NCBI GenBank assembly: GCA_965243135.1
Contig: OZ251539.1
Location: 1,728,001-1,792,000, forward strand
Reading direction: 5' to 3'
Length of the DNA stretch: 64,000 nucleotides
Origin: Alphaproteobacteria bacterium
GTDB taxonomy: Bacteria > Pseudomonadota > Alphaproteobacteria > MPNO01 > UBA830
The stretch's first letter is position 1. Every line of letters starts with the position of its first letter. This document shows positions 10,863 to 24,260 of the stretch, one piece after another. The notes under the pieces are model-generated. The model was given only the letters and a program-made list of their open reading frames with translations. It did no database searches and was not told the DNA's origin. Position numbers and translations under genes: made by a program.

Positions 10863-11315
10863 ATGACGGCGTTTCCCGACAGCCCGCTTCCTCGAGGCGT
10901 ATTCACCGTCCGCCGCGTTATCCGCTTCTCGGATTGCGACCCTGCGGGCATCGTCTTCTACGCCGCGTTTTTCCGCATGTTCAACGACGTGTTCGAAGAC
11001 TGGATGGTCCGGGGCCTCGGCGTGAATTTCGCGGGCCAATTCCTCGAGAAGCAGCGCATGTTTCCGTTGATGCGCGTCGAAGCCGACTTCCGGGCGGCGC
11101 GGAGGATGGGCCAGTCGATCGACCTGTCGCTGATCCTCACCAAACTGGGCAGGTCGTCGATCCACTACGACATCGTCGGGCACGACGACGGCCTCGACAT
11201 ACTGCGGGGCGCCTTCGTGAATTGCGTCGCGTCCAAGAAGACGATGGCGTCGATCGAAATTCCGCCGCCGATCCGGTCGAAGATGGAAGCCTATCTGAGC
11301 CTCTGCAGCGGTTGA
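10863..11315 (+). CDS. Acyl-CoA thioesterase (4-hydroxybenzoyl-CoA thioesterase / hot-dog fold)
   Basis: IRFSDCDPAGIVFY motif. Confidence 0.85.
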   Translation: MTAFPDSPLPRGVFTVRRVIRFSDCDPAGIVFYAAFFRMFNDVFEDWMVRGLGVNFAGQFLEKQRMFPLMRVEADFRAARRMGQSIDLSLILTKLGRSSIHYDIVGHDDGLDILRGAFVNCVASKKTMASIEIPPPIRSKMEAYLSLCSG

Positions 11316-11887
11316 GCTTCGCAAGTCCGGGCGAAATCCGCGCAGAGCCGGTCGAGTTCCGGCGCGCCGAACACGTCGCCCGATATCGCGCACCGGCAAC
11401 CGACCGTGCTGGTGGCGCTGCAAAGCTCCGGCCTGAAGTGGACGCATTCGGAACAGGCGCCGAACTCCGGCATCCCCTGCTGGAGTTGCACGGTGTGGAC
11501 CAGGCGCTCCATGTCGTCTTCGAGCGACGCGCGCAGATCTCCCGAACAGGCCGAAAGCGCTTCCGCGAAAGCGACCAGCGGATCGTTCTCCATCATGGCG
11601 CGGCCCGCCGCGGTGATCGTGAGGCGCACCGCCCTGCGGTCTTCCGCGCCGCGCCGCCGTTCGACGAGGCCTTTGGCTTCCAGCGCCTTCAGCGTCTGGG
11701 ACACCGTGCCCCTGGTGCTGCCCATGAATTCGGCCAGCGCGCCCGGCGAACAACTGTTGCGATTGGCGCGCGCGATGTAGCGCAGCGCTTCCCATTGAGC
11801 AGGGTTCAGCCCGTCGGCGAACTGGAGCGAGTGCGCGATCCGGCGCAGCCGGCCGACAAGCTCCACGATCCTCCCGCGCTCAGGCAT
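11291..11887 (-). CDS. MarR-family regulator with Cys-rich C-terminal domain
   Basis: LNPAQWEALRY...GTVSQTLKALE.KGLV...DRRAV.L.IT winged helix; C-terminus carries CxxCxHF...CxC...C. Confidence 0.85.
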   Translation of the reverse strand: MPERGRIVELVGRLRRIAHSLQFADGLNPAQWEALRYIARANRNSCSPGALAEFMGSTRGTVSQTLKALEAKGLVERRRGAEDRRAVRLTITAAGRAMMENDPLVAFAEALSACSGDLRASLEDDMERLVHTVQLQQGMPEFGACSECVHFRPELCSATSTVGCRCAISGDVFGAPELDRLCADFARTCEAQPLQRLR

Positions 11888-12080
11888 CGGTCACGACGCT
11901 ATTCGCAGGCGCATGCCGCCCCTTTCCGATGCGCGGCCGCCGGCCGCCTTCGGATGCGTAAAATAGGGGCGGCGGCGACAAAAGACAATATCGAGTCGAA
12001 AATTTCCTTGCAACGTCCGCCGGGACATCTTATTTTCGAGTCGAAACCTTTTGGTTGCCGCTAATAGAAAGGAACACGTC

Positions 12081-12950
12081 ATGTCGGCGGCGAACTTTCC
12101 GGACCGGAACGACAGGCTCTACATTTCGGCCGCGATGAACGCGCCGATGCTCGAACGCGAGCAGGAATCGAACCTCGCCCGGCGCTGGCGCGACAGCAAG
12201 GATGCGCAGGCGCTCGACGAGATCATTACGGCGCATATCCGCCTGGTGGTGAAACTCGCGTCCAGGCTGAGAGGATACGGCTTGCCGATCGGCGACCTGA
12301 TCCAGGAAGGAAACACGGGTCTGATGGAGGCGGCGAACCGCTTCGATCCCGACCGCAACGTGCGGTTCTCGACTTACGCGACGTGGTGGGTCCTCGCCGC
12401 GATGCAGGAATACATCGTGCGCAACTCCTCGATCGTTCGCATCGGCACCACGCCGGCGCAGAAGAGCCTGTTCTTCAACCTGCGCAAGCTCCGGGCGCGC
12501 CTGACCAACAATACGGACAGCCAGATGACCGGCGAGGAGCGCCGGCGGATCGCGACGGAGCTCGGGGTTCCCCTCGCCGCCGTGGAGCGCATGGAGGCTC
12601 ATCTGGCCCGTCCCGACCAGTCGCTCAACGCCACGATCGGCGAAGGGGAGTCGGACGAACTGCTCGATTTCCTGGCCGACGAGGCCGCGACGCCGGACAT
12701 GATCGTCGAAGACATCGTCGACGGCGAGACGAGAGCGCGTTGGGTCAAGGACGCGATGGAGCATCTGACCGACCGGGAAAAGGAGGTCATCTCGCGGCGC
12801 TTCCTCGCCGACAGGAAGGTCACCCTGTCGGAGATCGGCGAAACCTTCGGCGTCACCAAGGAGCGCATCCGCCAGATCGAAGGCAAGGCGCTGTCCAAGA
12901 TGCGCCGCGCCTTGCAGGACCGGCTCACGAACGAGACGTTCCTCAACTGA
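12081..12950 (+). CDS. rpoH: RNA polymerase sigma-32 family factor (RpoH2-like)
   Basis: DLIQEGN.GLM.AA.RFDP..VRFSTYA.WW, RpoH box QKSLFFNLRK, and region 4 GVTKERIRQIE. Confidence 0.88.
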   Translation: MSAANFPDRNDRLYISAAMNAPMLEREQESNLARRWRDSKDAQALDEIITAHIRLVVKLASRLRGYGLPIGDLIQEGNTGLMEAANRFDPDRNVRFSTYATWWVLAAMQEYIVRNSSIVRIGTTPAQKSLFFNLRKLRARLTNNTDSQMTGEERRRIATELGVPLAAVERMEAHLARPDQSLNATIGEGESDELLDFLADEAATPDMIVEDIVDGETRARWVKDAMEHLTDREKEVISRRFLADRKVTLSEIGETFGVTKERIRQIEGKALSKMRRALQDRLTNETFLN

Positions 12951-12960
12951 CGCGGCGCGC

Positions 12961-12998
12961 CGCCCTTCCCGCCTCGAATGCTTCGGGCGGGAAAGGCG
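12961..12998 (+). terminator. GC-rich stem-loop after rpoH (possible terminator)
   Basis: TTCCCGCC(T)CGAA-tgc-TTCG-GGCGGGAA hairpin just after the stop codon; no clear U-tract. Confidence 0.4.
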
Positions 12999-13123
12999 CC
13001 CCGGCGCGACGGGAGCGAACGCGCCGGCGGACGCTTTCAGGAAATCGGCGATGCGGGTATGCTGCACGCAAGCGATTCCCGGCGCGCCGGGCACAGCAAG
13101 TTCAGCCGAAAGAACGGGGGCGC

Positions 13124-14725
13124 ATGACTCGACCCAATTTTCTTTTGTTCGTCACCGACGAGCAGAGGGCCGACCATCTCGGATGCTACGGCAACCCGAT
13201 CGTGAGAACGCGGCACATCGACTCCCTTGCGAAGCGCGGGCTCGCGTTCGACCGGTTCTACGTGGCCTCTCCGATCTGCATGCCGAATCGTTCGACGCTG
13301 ATGACCGGAAGGATGCCGAGCGTCAACGGCGTATACACGAACGGACTTCCGCTTCCGCTCGAGACGGTGACCTTCGTCGATCTGTTGCGCGCGGCCGGTT
13401 ACAGGACCGCGCTGGTCGGCAAGTGCCATCTCCAGAACATGACCGCGACGGCGGTGGACGAATCGACCTTTCCCGTCCGCGGCGCGGGCGAGCCGCCGCC
13501 CGCCGCCTTGCGCGAGGCGCAGGCGCGGCGAATCGCGGGGCCGGAATACGAGCGCGAACGATCCGATCTGTGGGTCGCGAATCCCAGGCGCGATATCGAG
13601 ACGCCGCATTACGGTTTCGATCACGTGCGGTTCGCCAATCTCCATGGCGACCTGGTCGAGGGACATTACACGGGCTGGCTGGCGGAACGGCATTCCGCTC
13701 CGGATTCCTTGCGCGGGCCGGCCAACGCCTTGCCGGGGCACGGATACGCCGCGCCTCAGGCGTGGCGCACGCGCATGCCGGAGGAACTCTACCCAACCTC
13801 CTACGTCGCCGACGAGACCATCTCGTATCTCGAGGATCACGCCCGCGACGGCGGCGGCCGGCCCTTCTTCGTCCAGTGCTCCTTTCCGGATCCGCATCAT
13901 CCGTTCACGCCGCCGGGCAAGTATTGGGATATGTACGATCCGGACAGCATCCCCGTTCCGCCCTCGCATGGCGCGCGGCATGTCGAGCCGCCGCCGTTCA
14001 TGCTGCGGCTTCAGGAGGAATTCGCCGTCGGCGCGGCCAAGCGGGATCACGTTCAGCCGTTCGCCTGCACCGCCCGCGAGGCCAGGGAAATCATCGCCCT
14101 GACTTACGGAATGATCACGATGATCGACGACGCCGTCGGCCGGATTCTCTCCGCGCTTTCGGCGCTGGGTCTCGACGGCGACACCGTCGTCGCGTTCACT
14201 TCGGACCACGGCGACCTGATGGGCGATCACGGGCTCATGCTGAAACACTGTTTCCATCAAGAAGGGCTCATCCGCGCGCCTTTCGTCTGGGCTGATCCCG
14301 CCGACCCGGCGGCGGCGCGCGCCGACCTTCTGTCGGGCACCATCGATATCGCCTCGACCGTCCTGGCCCGCGCCGGACTCGCCCCTTATCACGGCATACA
14401 GGGCTTCGACGTCGTCACGGCGGCGCGGGAGGGCCGGGAACTTCCTCGCCGCGGCATGATGATCGAGGAGGACGATCTGCCGATCAACGCGAACGTGGAA
14501 GCCTACACGCGGGTCAGGAGCTTCGTCACCGGGCGATGGCGCCTGACGTTCTGGCCCGACGACGATTTCTGCGAACTCTACGATCGCCGCGCCGACCCGC
14601 TGGAACTGGTCAACCTGTGGAACGACCCCGCCTCCCGGGACGACAAGGCCGCTTTGCTGGAAGAAATGGCGCTGGAACGCATCGCGCTGGAGGAGTGGGC
14701 GCCGCGTTCCAAATTCTGCGCCTGA
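13124..14725 (+). CDS. Formylglycine-dependent sulfatase family hydrolase
   Basis: RPNFLLFVTDEQRAD, CMPNR (CxPxR), GKCHL, SFPDPHHPF, FTSDHGD. Start at ATG 13124. Confidence 0.9.
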   Translation: MTRPNFLLFVTDEQRADHLGCYGNPIVRTRHIDSLAKRGLAFDRFYVASPICMPNRSTLMTGRMPSVNGVYTNGLPLPLETVTFVDLLRAAGYRTALVGKCHLQNMTATAVDESTFPVRGAGEPPPAALREAQARRIAGPEYERERSDLWVANPRRDIETPHYGFDHVRFANLHGDLVEGHYTGWLAERHSAPDSLRGPANALPGHGYAAPQAWRTRMPEELYPTSYVADETISYLEDHARDGGGRPFFVQCSFPDPHHPFTPPGKYWDMYDPDSIPVPPSHGARHVEPPPFMLRLQEEFAVGAAKRDHVQPFACTAREAREIIALTYGMITMIDDAVGRILSALSALGLDGDTVVAFTSDHGDLMGDHGLMLKHCFHQEGLIRAPFVWADPADPAAARADLLSGTIDIASTVLARAGLAPYHGIQGFDVVTAAREGRELPRRGMMIEEDDLPINANVEAYTRVRSFVTGRWRLTFWPDDDFCELYDRRADPLELVNLWNDPASRDDKAALLEEMALERIALEEWAPRSKFCA

Positions 14726-14781
14726 CGGAACGCGCGCCGGCGGTTCCCGAAACGCGACGCGAGACGAGCGCGCGGGCTTCC

Positions 14782-17700
<2,919 letters not shown>

Positions 17701-17753
17701 TCCCTTTTCGCCTCCTGCGCTTCCGGACGACGGGCAAGCGAATCGCTCGCCCG

Positions 17754-18797
17754 TCAGGGATGAACGGGCAGCTGCCCCAGCCCGGCGGTCTCCGGCAGGC
17801 CGAACATGAGGTTCATATTCTGGACCGCCTGTCCCGCCGCCCCTTTCACCAGGTTGTCGAGAACGGAAAGAACGATGGCGCGGCCTGGCAGCCGGTCGGC
17901 GAAGACGCCCAGCATCGCCATGTTCGATCCTCGCACGTGCCGGGTCGCGGGCGAAACGCCTTCGGGAACGACGCGCACGAAAGGCTCTCCGCCGTACCGC
18001 GACCGCAGAAGTTCGCGGAGCGACGCCGCGGTCGCGCCGCCGGCAAGCGCGACGTGGATGGTCGACAGGATGCCCCGGTTCATCGGCACGAGATGCGGCG
18101 TGAAGCCGACCGTAACCGGACCGTTGGCCGCCCGGCTCAGTTCCTGTTCGATTTCGGGCGCGTGACGGTGGCTGGCGACGCCGTACGCGTGGATGCCCTC
18201 GGACACTTCGGCGAAAAGGCTCGCCTCCTTCGCCACCCGCCCGGCGCCGCTCACCCCGGACTTGGAATCGATGATGATCCCGCGTTCGACGTCGAGCGCC
18301 CCGGCCTCCAACATCGGCGCGAGCGGCAGGATCGCGGACGTGGGATAGCATCCGGGACACGCCACCAGCCGCGCGGCGGCGATCTCTTCGCGCGCTAGTT
18401 CGGTCAAACCGTAGACGGCGTCCCTCTGGAGTCCGACCGCGCGATGCTCGTGCCCGTACCACTCGGCGTAGGTTCCCGCGTCGCGCAACCGGAAGTCCGC
18501 GGACAGGTCGATGATCTTGAGATGCTGCGGCAGAGCGGCGACCGTTTCCTGAGTCGTTCCGTGCGGAAGGCAGCAAAACACCGCGTCGATGCCGGACCAG
18601 TCCTGATCCTCGATGCGCGTCAGTTTCGGCAGGTTCCGGCCGGCGAACTGCGGAAAGACGTCGGCGATTTCGCCGCCCGCGCGCCGGTCGGCGGTCGCCG
18701 CCGCGACCTCCGCTTCCGGATGCGGAAGCAGAAGCCTCAGGACCTCCGAACCAGTGTATCCGCTAGCGCCGAGAACGCCGACCCGAACGGCGGGCAT
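17754..18797 (-). CDS. argC: N-acetyl-gamma-glutamyl-phosphate reductase
   Basis: GASGYTG, DLSADFRL, PGCYPT, SGVSGAG, DNLVKGAAGQAVQNMN. Confidence 0.96.
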   Translation of the reverse strand: MPAVRVGVLGASGYTGSEVLRLLLPHPEAEVAAATADRRAGGEIADVFPQFAGRNLPKLTRIEDQDWSGIDAVFCCLPHGTTQETVAALPQHLKIIDLSADFRLRDAGTYAEWYGHEHRAVGLQRDAVYGLTELAREEIAAARLVACPGCYPTSAILPLAPMLEAGALDVERGIIIDSKSGVSGAGRVAKEASLFAEVSEGIHAYGVASHRHAPEIEQELSRAANGPVTVGFTPHLVPMNRGILSTIHVALAGGATAASLRELLRSRYGGEPFVRVVPEGVSPATRHVRGSNMAMLGVFADRLPGRAIVLSVLDNLVKGAAGQAVQNMNLMFGLPETAGLGQLPVHP

Positions 18798-18840
18798 CGT
18801 GCTTACCTCTCTCAGGGATGCGGGAAAGCGCCCGCGGCCG

Positions 18841-19362
18841 TCACCGCTTCGAGAACTGGAAGCTGCGCCTGGCCTTGCGCTTGCCGTATTTCTTGCGCTC
18901 GACGATCCGGGAATCGCGGGTCAGAAAGCCGCCCTTCTTGAGGGCCGGGCGCAGCCCGGGCTCGATCAGGGACAGAGCCTTCGAAATCCCGTGGCGCACG
19001 GCGCCCGCCTGTCCCGAGAGGCCGCCCCCCCTGACGGAGCACCATACGTCGTACTGATCTCTGCGATCGACGGCTTCGAACGGCTGGCCGATGATCATCT
19101 GCAACACCGGACGGGCGAAATAGTTCGGCCCCTCCTTCCCGTTGACCAAAACGACGCCGCGGCCGCGCCTGACCCAGACCCGCGCCACAGCGTTCTTGCG
19201 CTTGCCGGTGGCGTATGCGCGACCCATGGCGTCGAGCTGCGGTTCGTTGACTTCCGGAGCGGGAGGCGGCTGGGCCGTCGCCGCGAGGCGCGCTTCGTCC
19301 GCCGCCATCGCCTCCTTGAACACGTCGCCGAGCTTGGCGCTTCCGGTGTCGTTGTCGGCCAT
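18841..19362 (-). CDS. rpsI: 30S ribosomal protein S9
   Basis: [23 protein letters not shown]-terminal RRSFQFSKR. Confidence 0.98.
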   Translation of the reverse strand: MADNDTGSAKLGDVFKEAMAADEARLAATAQPPPAPEVNEPQLDAMGRAYATGKRKNAVARVWVRRGRGVVLVNGKEGPNYFARPVLQMIIGQPFEAVDRRDQYDVWCSVRGGGLSGQAGAVRHGISKALSLIEPGLRPALKKGGFLTRDSRIVERKKYGKRKARRSFQFSKR

Positions 19363-19363
19363 G

Positions 19364-19828
19364 TCAGAAAGTCCTCTTGTTCTTCCGGTTCAGCGCGCCG
19401 AAGTCGAGCGTTTCGGGCTTCTGCGCCTCATGGGGGTGATCCGGTCCGGCATAGACGCGAAGCTTGGTCAGCTGCCTGCGGCCCAGTTTGGTCTTGGGCA
19501 GCATGCGCTCAACCGCCTTCATGACGATCCGCTCCGATTTTCCGTCGGCCATAAGTTTTCCGGGCGTGACGCTCCTGATTCCGCCGGGATAACCGGTATG
19601 GCGGTAATAGACCTTGTCGGTCAGCTTGTTTCCGGTGAGAGCCACCTTGTCCGCGTTGACGACGATGACGCCGTCGCCGCAGTCCATGTGCGGGGTGAAG
19701 GTCGGCTTGTGCTTGCCGCGAAGAATTCTGGCGCAGTGCGCCGCGAGGCGGCCGAGCACCACGTTCTCCGCGTCGATCAGGATCCAGCCTGCGTGGAGAT
19801 CCGCAGCCTTGGCGGAATAGGTTTTCAT
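19364..19828 (-). CDS. rplM: 50S ribosomal protein L13
   Basis: LGRLA...[32 protein letters not shown]. Confidence 0.98.
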   Translation of the reverse strand: MKTYSAKAADLHAGWILIDAENVVLGRLAAHCARILRGKHKPTFTPHMDCGDGVIVVNADKVALTGNKLTDKVYYRHTGYPGGIRSVTPGKLMADGKSERIVMKAVERMLPKTKLGRRQLTKLRVYAGPDHPHEAQKPETLDFGALNRKNKRTF

Positions 19829-19864
19829 TGCACGTCGTCCAAACGGGGCGGGAAAGCGAGGGGG

Positions 19865-19892
19865 AATATGTCAGGATTTTTCGGCCTGTCAA
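19865..19892 (-). promoter_or_regulatory. Putative sigma70 promoter of rplM-rpsI
   Basis: Minus strand reads TTGACA-N16-CATATT upstream of rplM. Confidence 0.55.
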
Positions 19893-20036
19893 TGCGTTCC
19901 GGCGCGAAACAGGCTGGCGACGGGCGGCGATCGGCGATTTTTCGTTCGGCCGACGCTTCGGGCTGCCGATTCGGGGTATGAAAAAAGCCTGATTGATGCG
20001 ACCATCGGCGGGACGGCAACGGAAAGGAAGCATGGC

Positions 20037-20813
20037 ATGGACGGCATTCTCCAGCGCGCCGACGCGGCCGGCGTCGCGACGCTGACCCTCAATCGTCCGC
20101 AGGCGCGGAACGCCCTTTCGATCGCGCTGATGGCCGCCCTCCAGGCCGAATTCGACGCGATCGCCGCCGACCCCTCCGTGCGGGTCGTCGTCGTCGCCGC
20201 GCGCGGACCCGCCTTCTGCGCCGGGCACGACCTTCGCGAAATCCGCAGCAATCCCGGACGCGACGCCTACGAGGAGCTCTTCTCCCGATGCTCCGACCTC
20301 ATGCTCGCCATAACGCGCCTGCCCCAACCCGTAATCGCGCAGGTGCACGCGATCGCGACGGCGGCGGGATGCCAGCTGGTCGCGAGCTGCGACCTTGCGA
20401 TCGCCGCGGCCGGCGCCCGCTTCGCGACGCCGGGCGTGAACATCGGACTGTTCTGTTCGACTCCCATGGTGGCGGTGAGCCGCAACGTGCCGCGCAAGCG
20501 AATGATGGAGATGCTTCTGACGGGCGAAACGATCGACGCCGAAACGGCGGTCGAACTGGGCCTTGTCAATAAGGTGGTCGAAGACTCGCAGCTCGTCGGC
20601 GAGGTCGCCCGATGGAGCAGCGGAATCGCGTCGAAATCGCCGCTCACCCTCAAGATCGGCAAACAGGCGTTTTACCGCCAGCTCGACCTGCCTCTGGAGG
20701 AAGCCTATCGCTACGCCGGCAAGGCGATGGTCGAGAACATGCTCGCCCGCGACGCCGGGGAAGGCATCGACGCCTTTCTGCAGAAGCGCGCGCCCGTTTG
20801 GCAGGGCGAGTAG
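20037..20813 (+). CDS. Enoyl-CoA hydratase family protein
   Basis: LNRPQARNALS, FCAGHDL, AAGCQLVASCDL, PGVNIGLFCSTP. Confidence 0.9.
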   Translation: MDGILQRADAAGVATLTLNRPQARNALSIALMAALQAEFDAIAADPSVRVVVVAARGPAFCAGHDLREIRSNPGRDAYEELFSRCSDLMLAITRLPQPVIAQVHAIATAAGCQLVASCDLAIAAAGARFATPGVNIGLFCSTPMVAVSRNVPRKRMMEMLLTGETIDAETAVELGLVNKVVEDSQLVGEVARWSSGIASKSPLTLKIGKQAFYRQLDLPLEEAYRYAGKAMVENMLARDAGEGIDAFLQKRAPVWQGE

Positions 20814-21002
20814 CCGATGCCGGTTATCGGCGCGACGGCGGAGATCGCGCGACGACGCCCGCCGCGCGCGAGCGGAATTTCGTTGGTTCGCCTTCGTCGG
20901 CGACGCGTTCGAAGCCGCGGCGCCGACGTTCGCCAAGCGCCGTTTCGGCAAGGCGGCGCGCGCCGGAAATGCGAGCGCCATGGAGAGATTTGAGGCCAAA
21001 CG

Positions 21003-21500
21003 ATGATTCCCTATTCCGACGCGCTGCTTCGGCGCATCCTGGCGGAAACCCGAACGATCGCCATGGTGGGGGCGTCCGGGAACTGGGTCCGGCCGAGCAA
21101 TTTCGCCATGAAGTATCTGCAGGAAAAGGGATACCGGGTCGTTCCGGTCAATCCCGGCAGCGCGGGCCTGGAGATCAACGGAGAGACGTGTCGCCGCTCG
21201 CTGGACGAGGTTCCCGACGCCTTCGACATGGTCGACATATTCCGAAGGTCCGAAGAGGCGGGAGCCATCGTGGACGAGGCGATTCGCCTGAAGGACGAGA
21301 AGGGCATAAGGACGATCTGGATGCAGCTCGGCGTCGCGGACGAGGCCGCCGCCGCGCGGGCCGAAGCCGCCGGTTTCGCCGTCGTCATGGACAGGTGTCC
21401 CAAGATCGAGTTCGGACGCTTGCACCACGAACTGTCATGGTCCGGCATCAATTCCGGGCTTATTTCCTCGAAGCGCCCGAAACTGCGGCGGGCGGGCTGA
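21003..21500 (+). CDS. CoA-binding protein (YccU-like)
   Basis: TIAMVGAS...RPS, VPVNPG, DMVDIFRRS, WMQLG, DRCPKIE. Confidence 0.9.
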   Translation: MIPYSDALLRRILAETRTIAMVGASGNWVRPSNFAMKYLQEKGYRVVPVNPGSAGLEINGETCRRSLDEVPDAFDMVDIFRRSEEAGAIVDEAIRLKDEKGIRTIWMQLGVADEAAAARAEAAGFAVVMDRCPKIEFGRLHHELSWSGINSGLISSKRPKLRRAG

Positions 21501-21504
21501 CCGG

Positions 21505-22827
21505 ATGGGAAACTCGGAGAAACGTCCGCCGCCGATCAGCGGGGAGCGCGCCGCGAGCGCGTACGGATTCGAGACCCGCGCCGTGCATGCAGGCGCGGCT
21601 CCCGATGCGGTCACCGGCGCCCGCAACACGCCCATTCACCATTCCACGTCCTACGTGTTCGACGATGTCGATCACGCGGCCTCGCTGTTCAACCTGCAAA
21701 CCTTCGGCTTCATTTATTCGCGAATCGGCAATCCCACGGTCGCCGTGCTCGAGGAGCGCATCGCCAGTCTCGAGAACGGGCGCGCGGCCTGCGCTGCCGG
21801 TTCCGGCCATGCCGCGCAATTCCTTGCGTTCTTCGCCTTCATGGAGCCGGGCGACCATTTCGTCGCGTCCCGCTACCTTTACGGAGGATCGATTACCCAG
21901 TTCGGAGTTAGCTTCAGGAAACTGGGCTGGCATTGCAGCTTTGCGGATCCGCTGGAACCGGAGTCCTTCCGCAGGGCGCTCCGCCCCGATTCGAAGGCGA
22001 TTTTCATCGAATCCGTCTCCAACCCGTCCTGCGTGATCGGCGATATCCGGGCCATCGCGGAGGTCGCGCGGGAGGCCGGGCTTCCCCTGATCGTCGACAA
22101 CACGATGGCGACTCCCTACCTGTTCAATCCTTTCGATCACGGCGCCGACATCGTGATTCATTCGACCACGAAGTTTTTGAACGGCCACGGCAACTCCATG
22201 GGAGGCGCGATCGTCGAATCGGGCGGATTCGACTGGGGACAGAACGGCAAGTTTCCGTCCATGACGAAGCCGGACGAGGCGTACCACGGCCTGACCTTTT
22301 ACGAGACGTTCGGGGATTTCGGTTTCACGATGCGCGTTCGCGCGGTGGCGCTGCGGGATTTCGGAGCCGCGCTGTCTCCGACCAACGCGTTCCTGACCAT
22401 CACCGGAATCGAGACCCTGCCCTTGCGCATGGAGCGTCACGTGGCGAACGCGGAAGCGGTGGCGGCGTTTCTTGAGAACCATCCCGCCGTCGCGTGGGTG
22501 TCCTATGCCGGTCTCGAATCGAGCCCGTCTTTCGGAATGAAAAAAATTTATTTTCCAAAGGGTTGCGGATCCGTTTTCACCTTCGGCGTCAAGGGAGGTT
22601 TCGATGCCGGCAAACGGCTCGTCGAAAGCTGCAACCTGCTGTCGCATCTCGCCAACGTAGGCGACACGCGAAGCCTCATCCTGCATCCCGCCTCGACCAC
22701 CCATCGTCAGCTCACGGAAGAACAACAGGTCGCCGCGGGCGCAGGTCCGGAAGTGGTGAGGCTCTCGGTCGGCCTCGAAACGGTGGACGACATTCTCCGG
22801 GATCTCGACGAAGCGCTGACGCGGTAG
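21505..22827 (+). CDS. Second O-acetylhomoserine aminocarboxypropyltransferase-family enzyme
   Basis: FIYSRIGNPT, HSTTKFLNGHG, ANVGDTRSLILHPASTTH; paralog of 14847..16145. Confidence 0.88.
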   Translation: MGNSEKRPPPISGERAASAYGFETRAVHAGAAPDAVTGARNTPIHHSTSYVFDDVDHAASLFNLQTFGFIYSRIGNPTVAVLEERIASLENGRAACAAGSGHAAQFLAFFAFMEPGDHFVASRYLYGGSITQFGVSFRKLGWHCSFADPLEPESFRRALRPDSKAIFIESVSNPSCVIGDIRAIAEVAREAGLPLIVDNTMATPYLFNPFDHGADIVIHSTTKFLNGHGNSMGGAIVESGGFDWGQNGKFPSMTKPDEAYHGLTFYETFGDFGFTMRVRAVALRDFGAALSPTNAFLTITGIETLPLRMERHVANAEAVAAFLENHPAVAWVSYAGLESSPSFGMKKIYFPKGCGSVFTFGVKGGFDAGKRLVESCNLLSHLANVGDTRSLILHPASTTHRQLTEEQQVAAGAGPEVVRLSVGLETVDDILRDLDEALTR

Positions 22828-22953
22828 ACGGGACAAGCCGGGACGTTTCTACCCGGCCATTCCGCGTCGGCAGCGTCGTCGCGGTTCGCCGCCATGCCTC
22901 TTTCCGCAAGTTCGCGGACCCGGTTCCCGGCGAACCCCCGGTGCGCTCCAACT

Positions 22954-24177
22954 CTATGTCGCGGCCTGCGGCGTCCGCTCCCGTCCGCCGGGAAGAAGCA
23001 TGGCGAAGCAAACGATCGTCCCCGCGATCATGGCCATCGCAAGGAACATCCAGCGAAAATCGCCGGTTGCGTCGAAAATGCGCCCGGCCGCCGGAATCGC
23101 AAGGGAGCTCACCCCCAGCGCAAGCACGAACTTGACGCCGAAGGCGGTCGCGTGCCATCGCGAGGGACAATAGTGCGCGACCAGGCTGTTCTCCGCCGGC
23201 AGGGAGGCCGTGATCGCGAACATGACGAGCGCCGCGAGCGCGACGAACGGCAGTCCCGCGATTTCAGCGGCTGCAACGGCAAGGGGAACCATCACGACGA
23301 AGACGCCGGGATAAACCAGCGTCAGTCGGAAGCGGTCCGCCAGCCAGCCGCCGGCCAGTTGACCGAAGGCGCCCGTCACGAGGGCCAAGGACACCAGAAC
23401 GCCCGCTCCGGCGAGGCCTGCCCATTCCAGCGCCACCGGCGCGCGGACGGCAAACGCCTTCGGCAACGTGATCGTATGCGCCTGCGCGAGAAAGCCGACG
23501 CAGAGCGCCGTCGCCGCGAGAAGCGCCAACCCGCGAAGCGCGCGCGGCGAAGGAGGCGCTCCGGCCGTCTTTTTGTCGCGGCCGGGATTCTTCATGCCGC
23601 TTTGCACTAGCAGGAAGGCGACGCCGGTGGCCGTGCAGACGATTCCGGGCACCAGAAACGCGGCGCGCCATCCCATGACCGCGGTAAGGCCGCCAGCGAC
23701 GAGCGAAGCGGAAGCTATGCCGGCCGAACCGAAAACGCCGTTGATGCCGAGCGCCCTGCCCCGCGCTTTCGCATTCGTGACGATCCATGCGGTGCCCACG
23801 GGGTGATAGATGGCGGAGAACAACCCGATCGCGGCGAGCGCGATCTGGATGCCGACAGGCCCCGACGCGAGGCCCGCGGCTATCGCGGACAGCCCCGTCC
23901 CCAGGAAGAAGATCGTCAACATGCCCGGGACGCTCCAACGATCTCCGAACCAGCCCGCAGGCAGGGCGGCGACGCCGTAAAGCACGAATCCCGCGAAAGA
24001 CAAGGAAATCAATTCGCCGTAAGACCTGTCGAAAGCCGTTTCGAGGGCGATGACGACGGTCGGGTAGATCAGCATGAACAAGTGGCTGTAGAAGTGCGCC
24101 ACGTTGGCGAACATCAGCGAGACGGAACGGGTCACGGGCGGCGTTTTCCAGGCGTTCTTGCGGGATTCTTGCGACAT
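22954..24177 (-). CDS. MFS transporter
   Basis: About 12 hydrophobic helices; GWFGDRW and GWLADRF loop motifs, AIYHPVG. Start taken at ATG 24177. Confidence 0.85.
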   Translation of the reverse strand: MSQESRKNAWKTPPVTRSVSLMFANVAHFYSHLFMLIYPTVVIALETAFDRSYGELISLSFAGFVLYGVAALPAGWFGDRWSVPGMLTIFFLGTGLSAIAAGLASGPVGIQIALAAIGLFSAIYHPVGTAWIVTNAKARGRALGINGVFGSAGIASASLVAGGLTAVMGWRAAFLVPGIVCTATGVAFLLVQSGMKNPGRDKKTAGAPPSPRALRGLALLAATALCVGFLAQAHTITLPKAFAVRAPVALEWAGLAGAGVLVSLALVTGAFGQLAGGWLADRFRLTLVYPGVFVVMVPLAVAAAEIAGLPFVALAALVMFAITASLPAENSLVAHYCPSRWHATAFGVKFVLALGVSSLAIPAAGRIFDATGDFRWMFLAMAMIAGTIVCFAMLLPGGRERTPQAAT

Positions 24178-24260
24178 AAGCCGGGCCGGCGACGTTGCCC
24201 GCAGGACGACATGAAGAATTTCGTAGATATCGTCGTCATATTTCGTGTATATTCGACGAC

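Noticed and set aside
20814-21002. GC-rich intergenic hairpins sharing TTCGGCAAGGCG with about 43098
   Set aside because: A 12-bp match in high-GC DNA with no extended similarity is not enough to call a REP element or ncRNA.
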